Below are positions 61,428 through 64,000 of a stretch of 64,000 bases of DNA, piece by piece. This stretch comes from Rhodosorus marinus CCMP1338 (lineage: Eukaryota; Plantae; Rhodophyta). The notes under the pieces are model-generated. The model did no database searches. It was not told where the DNA came from and saw only the letters and a program-made list of their open reading frames with translations. Where the stretch lies: positions 1,364,001-1,428,000 of the forward strand of contig JAMWBK010000006.1 of the NCBI GenBank assembly GCA_029953675.1, given 5' to 3'. A program made the position numbers and the translations under genes. Within the stretch, counting starts at the first letter, position 1. Each line of letters begins with the position of its first letter.

Positions 61428-61760
61428 GTGTTTCCAATGCCGATTCTCTATCGAATTTTCACATACAGAAGCCACTGGACTGGAAGCACAATCCTTTTGC
61501 TTCAGGAGACCTTCCCGCGGGATGATACTCTTGAGAACGAAGCAAGCAGTGCAATGACAGACTCCGCTTCAGTCCAATGGCGCTTCTCTACGAAAAAGAC
61601 TATAATGTTTTCAATGTAGATTCTCTTTCGTACTTTCCTCTTCACAATCCCTTCGTTTTAGGACAGCGCGAGGATCGTCTCCGAGAAAAGGAAGTCCCAG
61701 TGCATGTTAGACTCTGCTCGGTTGAATGGCGATTCTCTCCTAACGACGAGTCGGTGTTTT
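61428..61760 (+). repeat. Degenerate tandem duplication (period about 180 bp) with coding-like similarity
   Basis: NADSLSNF..HNPF..SVQWRFS versus NVDSLSYF..HNPF..SVEWRFS; copy 1 needs frameshifts to align. Confidence 0.6.
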
Positions 61761-61909
61761 GATGTCGATCCTCTACGAACTATAGTTGCCGCTCCCGAAA
61801 TAGGCGGGGTTACATATGAACAGAGCAGTTCAAACGCAGCGGGAGGACGAATCTCCGTGGCGAAAAATAGATGATGTGCAAAACGAAATCCGTTCGTTTG
61901 CAATCCGCT

Positions 61910-62088
61910 TCTTCGTCGAACGAGGACAGTGTGTTCCGGTTTAGATCAGAAGAGCAGGTAACGATGAACAAAGGCTGCGAAGGATATTTAGTGATCGCGT
62001 CTTCGTCGAACAAGGACAAGGTGTTCTGGTTTGGATCAGAGAGCAGGGAACGATGAGCAAAGGCTGCAGATGATATAGAGTGAACGCT
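61910..62088 (+). repeat. Tandem duplication, period 90 bp
   Basis: tcttcgtcgaacgaggacagtgtgttccggtttagatcagaagagcagg.aacgatga.caaaggctgc versus tcttcgtcgaacaaggacaaggtgttctggtttggatcagagagcagggaacgatgagcaaaggctgc. Confidence 0.85.
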
Positions 62089-62235
62089 CCCGGCTCTTCG
62101 CTGTGACGCAACCAGTTGAGGAGGAAGAATCGGGAGAACTAGATGAGATTCGTCAAATATCCTGCATACGTAAGTGGCTGTAGTTGCAGTCCAGTTAGCA
62201 ACCCCAGAAAGAACAGCTTATCCTCGTGTACGTGG

Positions 62236-64000
62236 TCACGAAAGTCTGAAGGAGAGCCAATTCGGAAGTTTCCACTGGCCAGGACTATCGATCTCATCGA
62301 ACAGCAGTGACAAGCTTCCCATCGACAGAACAGAGAACCGTCCCGTGTTCAGTTGCCGGTGATTCAGTTGTTCAGCAACGACCGTGAGGGAGTTGTCCCT
62401 TTTTGAATCCACTGGAGCCTCGAGGCAATAGCTTTTCAACGAAGGGTGCACATTCGCGAAGGTGGCCGCAAGCAGATCACGAACCCTAGCAGCTGCTCTG
62501 TTCTGATCATCTACTGCTATGAGCTGGGGGAGCAGCCTTTCGTCACATGCAGCTAACGGTGGCGACCCCACAGCAACCAACAAAAACTCCTCACACGCAC
62601 TGTTTGAGTAGGTCTACTTGACCTTTCAGCAATTAGCTCGGAGTCGGAAGCGAGTTCGAAACTCTACTTTCTGCTGCCGATGCAGTCGTACTGCTCTTCA
62701 AGCGACCCACCTAAGCTCCATTCAAGTGAAACATGCTTTGCTCAGATAAGACTCTGAGCATCGGGGCCACGACAATCTGCGTATCCACCACCTACCGCGG
62801 TTGAGTATTCCTCGACGAACTTCTCGGTAAGGGCCTCAGCTTCAATCCAGTTGGGCAAGGTCTTTGCTCTCGAGGAGAGGATGTACTGAATGACTGCGAC
62901 ATCAGCCGATCAGATGAAGACAGAAAACTTTTGCTAAGGTTCTTTTCCGAATATTTGCAGCGAATCCTTCAGCATGCACTTTCACAATGTTCTGCTCACC
63001 CAGCAATACATGCTCGACCATGATAATGACGAGAAATTCTTGCACAGAATCGATTTCGTCGCCAATGACGTGATCTCCGAGCTTCGAAGTGAACAAGATG
63101 AGACCCAAGTTCACAGCCATGCTGGCCATGCATACTAGTGTGAAGGCGTACTGGACCGAACCAATTGAAAGGGCCCTCCGAGGAAAATTCCTGCATCTCA
63201 CAGGATCCAGAAAAGGCTTAAGATTCCGCGCGGCACCGCTTCACGGGTTCTGTTCTACGCTGATGGCTGCGTTACCTCCGGCGAGTTCTAAACGCTGCGA
63301 AGAGCTCTGTGTAAACCTGAAAATAGTTGCCAATAAATGCTCCAACGGCTCCAAAGGGTAGAGCGGCTGCGAACAGAACGAGTTGCCCTGTCCCAAAAGG
63401 AAGAAAGACAAATCAGGACAACCGTCCCGTTGAAAGCAGCTACTCTTCTACGTTATTTTGGCTGATAAAAAGTCCTCTCTCCGGTTTCTTACCAAATTGT
63501 GAAGTGATCCTCGAGTAGTCCATTACGTCCGCAGCAGCTGCTTCAGAGAGCTCCATTTCCTCCTGCAGAATTCAGAAGTACCCAAAGGTCAGCAACAACA
63601 CAACGGAACTACCCACCACAATTTTTCACCAAGAGCATGTGCCCGCACCAGTATTGGGCTTTTGTTCGCGTGGGTTTGGCTTTCGTCCTTCTTCATTTGC
63701 CCTTCTCTAGAAACCTTTCCATGCAGCTTGTATCTATACAGCCCTTGAACGAAGACCTTCAAAAAGAGAAATATCATCTGCATAAGGATTTTCACAACTC
63801 GCGGGCGGACACTATCGCAACCCCTAGGTATTCATCGGAAACCCAAGCCTTACCTGTTTCAGAACTGTGGCTACCATTTCCAAAACATTGATCAGTAGGA
63901 GTGCCTTGAGCAGTTCTTCAAACTCGCTTTTGTAGAAGGCCAGATAAAAGTATGACACGTTCTTGCACAACAGTTTGTAGAGCATCTGTACATCGAAGCA
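62236..64000 (-). CDS. Anoctamin/TMEM16 (Ist2-like) channel/scramblase; 5' part lies beyond the window; multi-exon
   Basis: Spliced - strand segments NVSYFYLAFYK, DYSRITSQFG-QLVLFAAALPFGAVGAFIGNYF, RNFPRRALSIG, FTS, IIMVEHVLL and LPNWIE match anoctamin C-terminal helices. The 3' end is approximate. Confidence 0.85.

Noticed and set aside
1-64000. tRNA, rRNA or CRISPR arrays
   Set aside because: No cloverleaf with T-loop/D-loop consensus, no rRNA signatures and no regularly spaced repeat-spacer array seen; the repeats present are two-copy duplications or palindromes

Overview
Eukaryotic nuclear DNA from a compact genome with short (about 55-170 nt) GT-AG introns. It is most likely a red alga, inferred from Phe-containing plastid-type N-termini (MLAFV, MEVCLFV, MECSVLGFV) on three genes plus a cyanobacterial-like gene. 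Two gene-dense blocks flank a roughly 23 kb stretch (about 15-38 kb) of decayed mobile DNA, repeats and palindromes. The left block (about 1.5-14.7 kb) holds a PDI-C/ERGIC-thioredoxin, a plastid-targeted cyanobacterial-like protein, a small membrane protein, GNB1L/Asa1 and Vps72/YL1. The right block (about 38-64 kb) holds a glutathionyl-hydroquinone reductase, a Cyc8/Ssn6-like TPR protein, a class I methyltransferase, an ABC1 kinase, serine palmitoyltransferase LCB2, a CCA-adding enzyme, a PPR-like protein and a partial anoctamin. The only clearly intact gene in the middle stretch is a two-finger C2H2 protein. The most unusual items are four. (1) A frameshifted P-element-type DDE transposase relic with all catalytic motifs still readable, bracketed by mirror-ordered but same-strand motif+array ends. 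(2) A 4.4 kb segment bounded by about 345 bp inverted repeats. (3) Four unrelated 24-50 bp near-perfect palindromes. (4) A 6 bp duplication inside the catalytic DxD strand of the CCA enzyme. All family assignments come from motif recognition by eye, and no database search was run.
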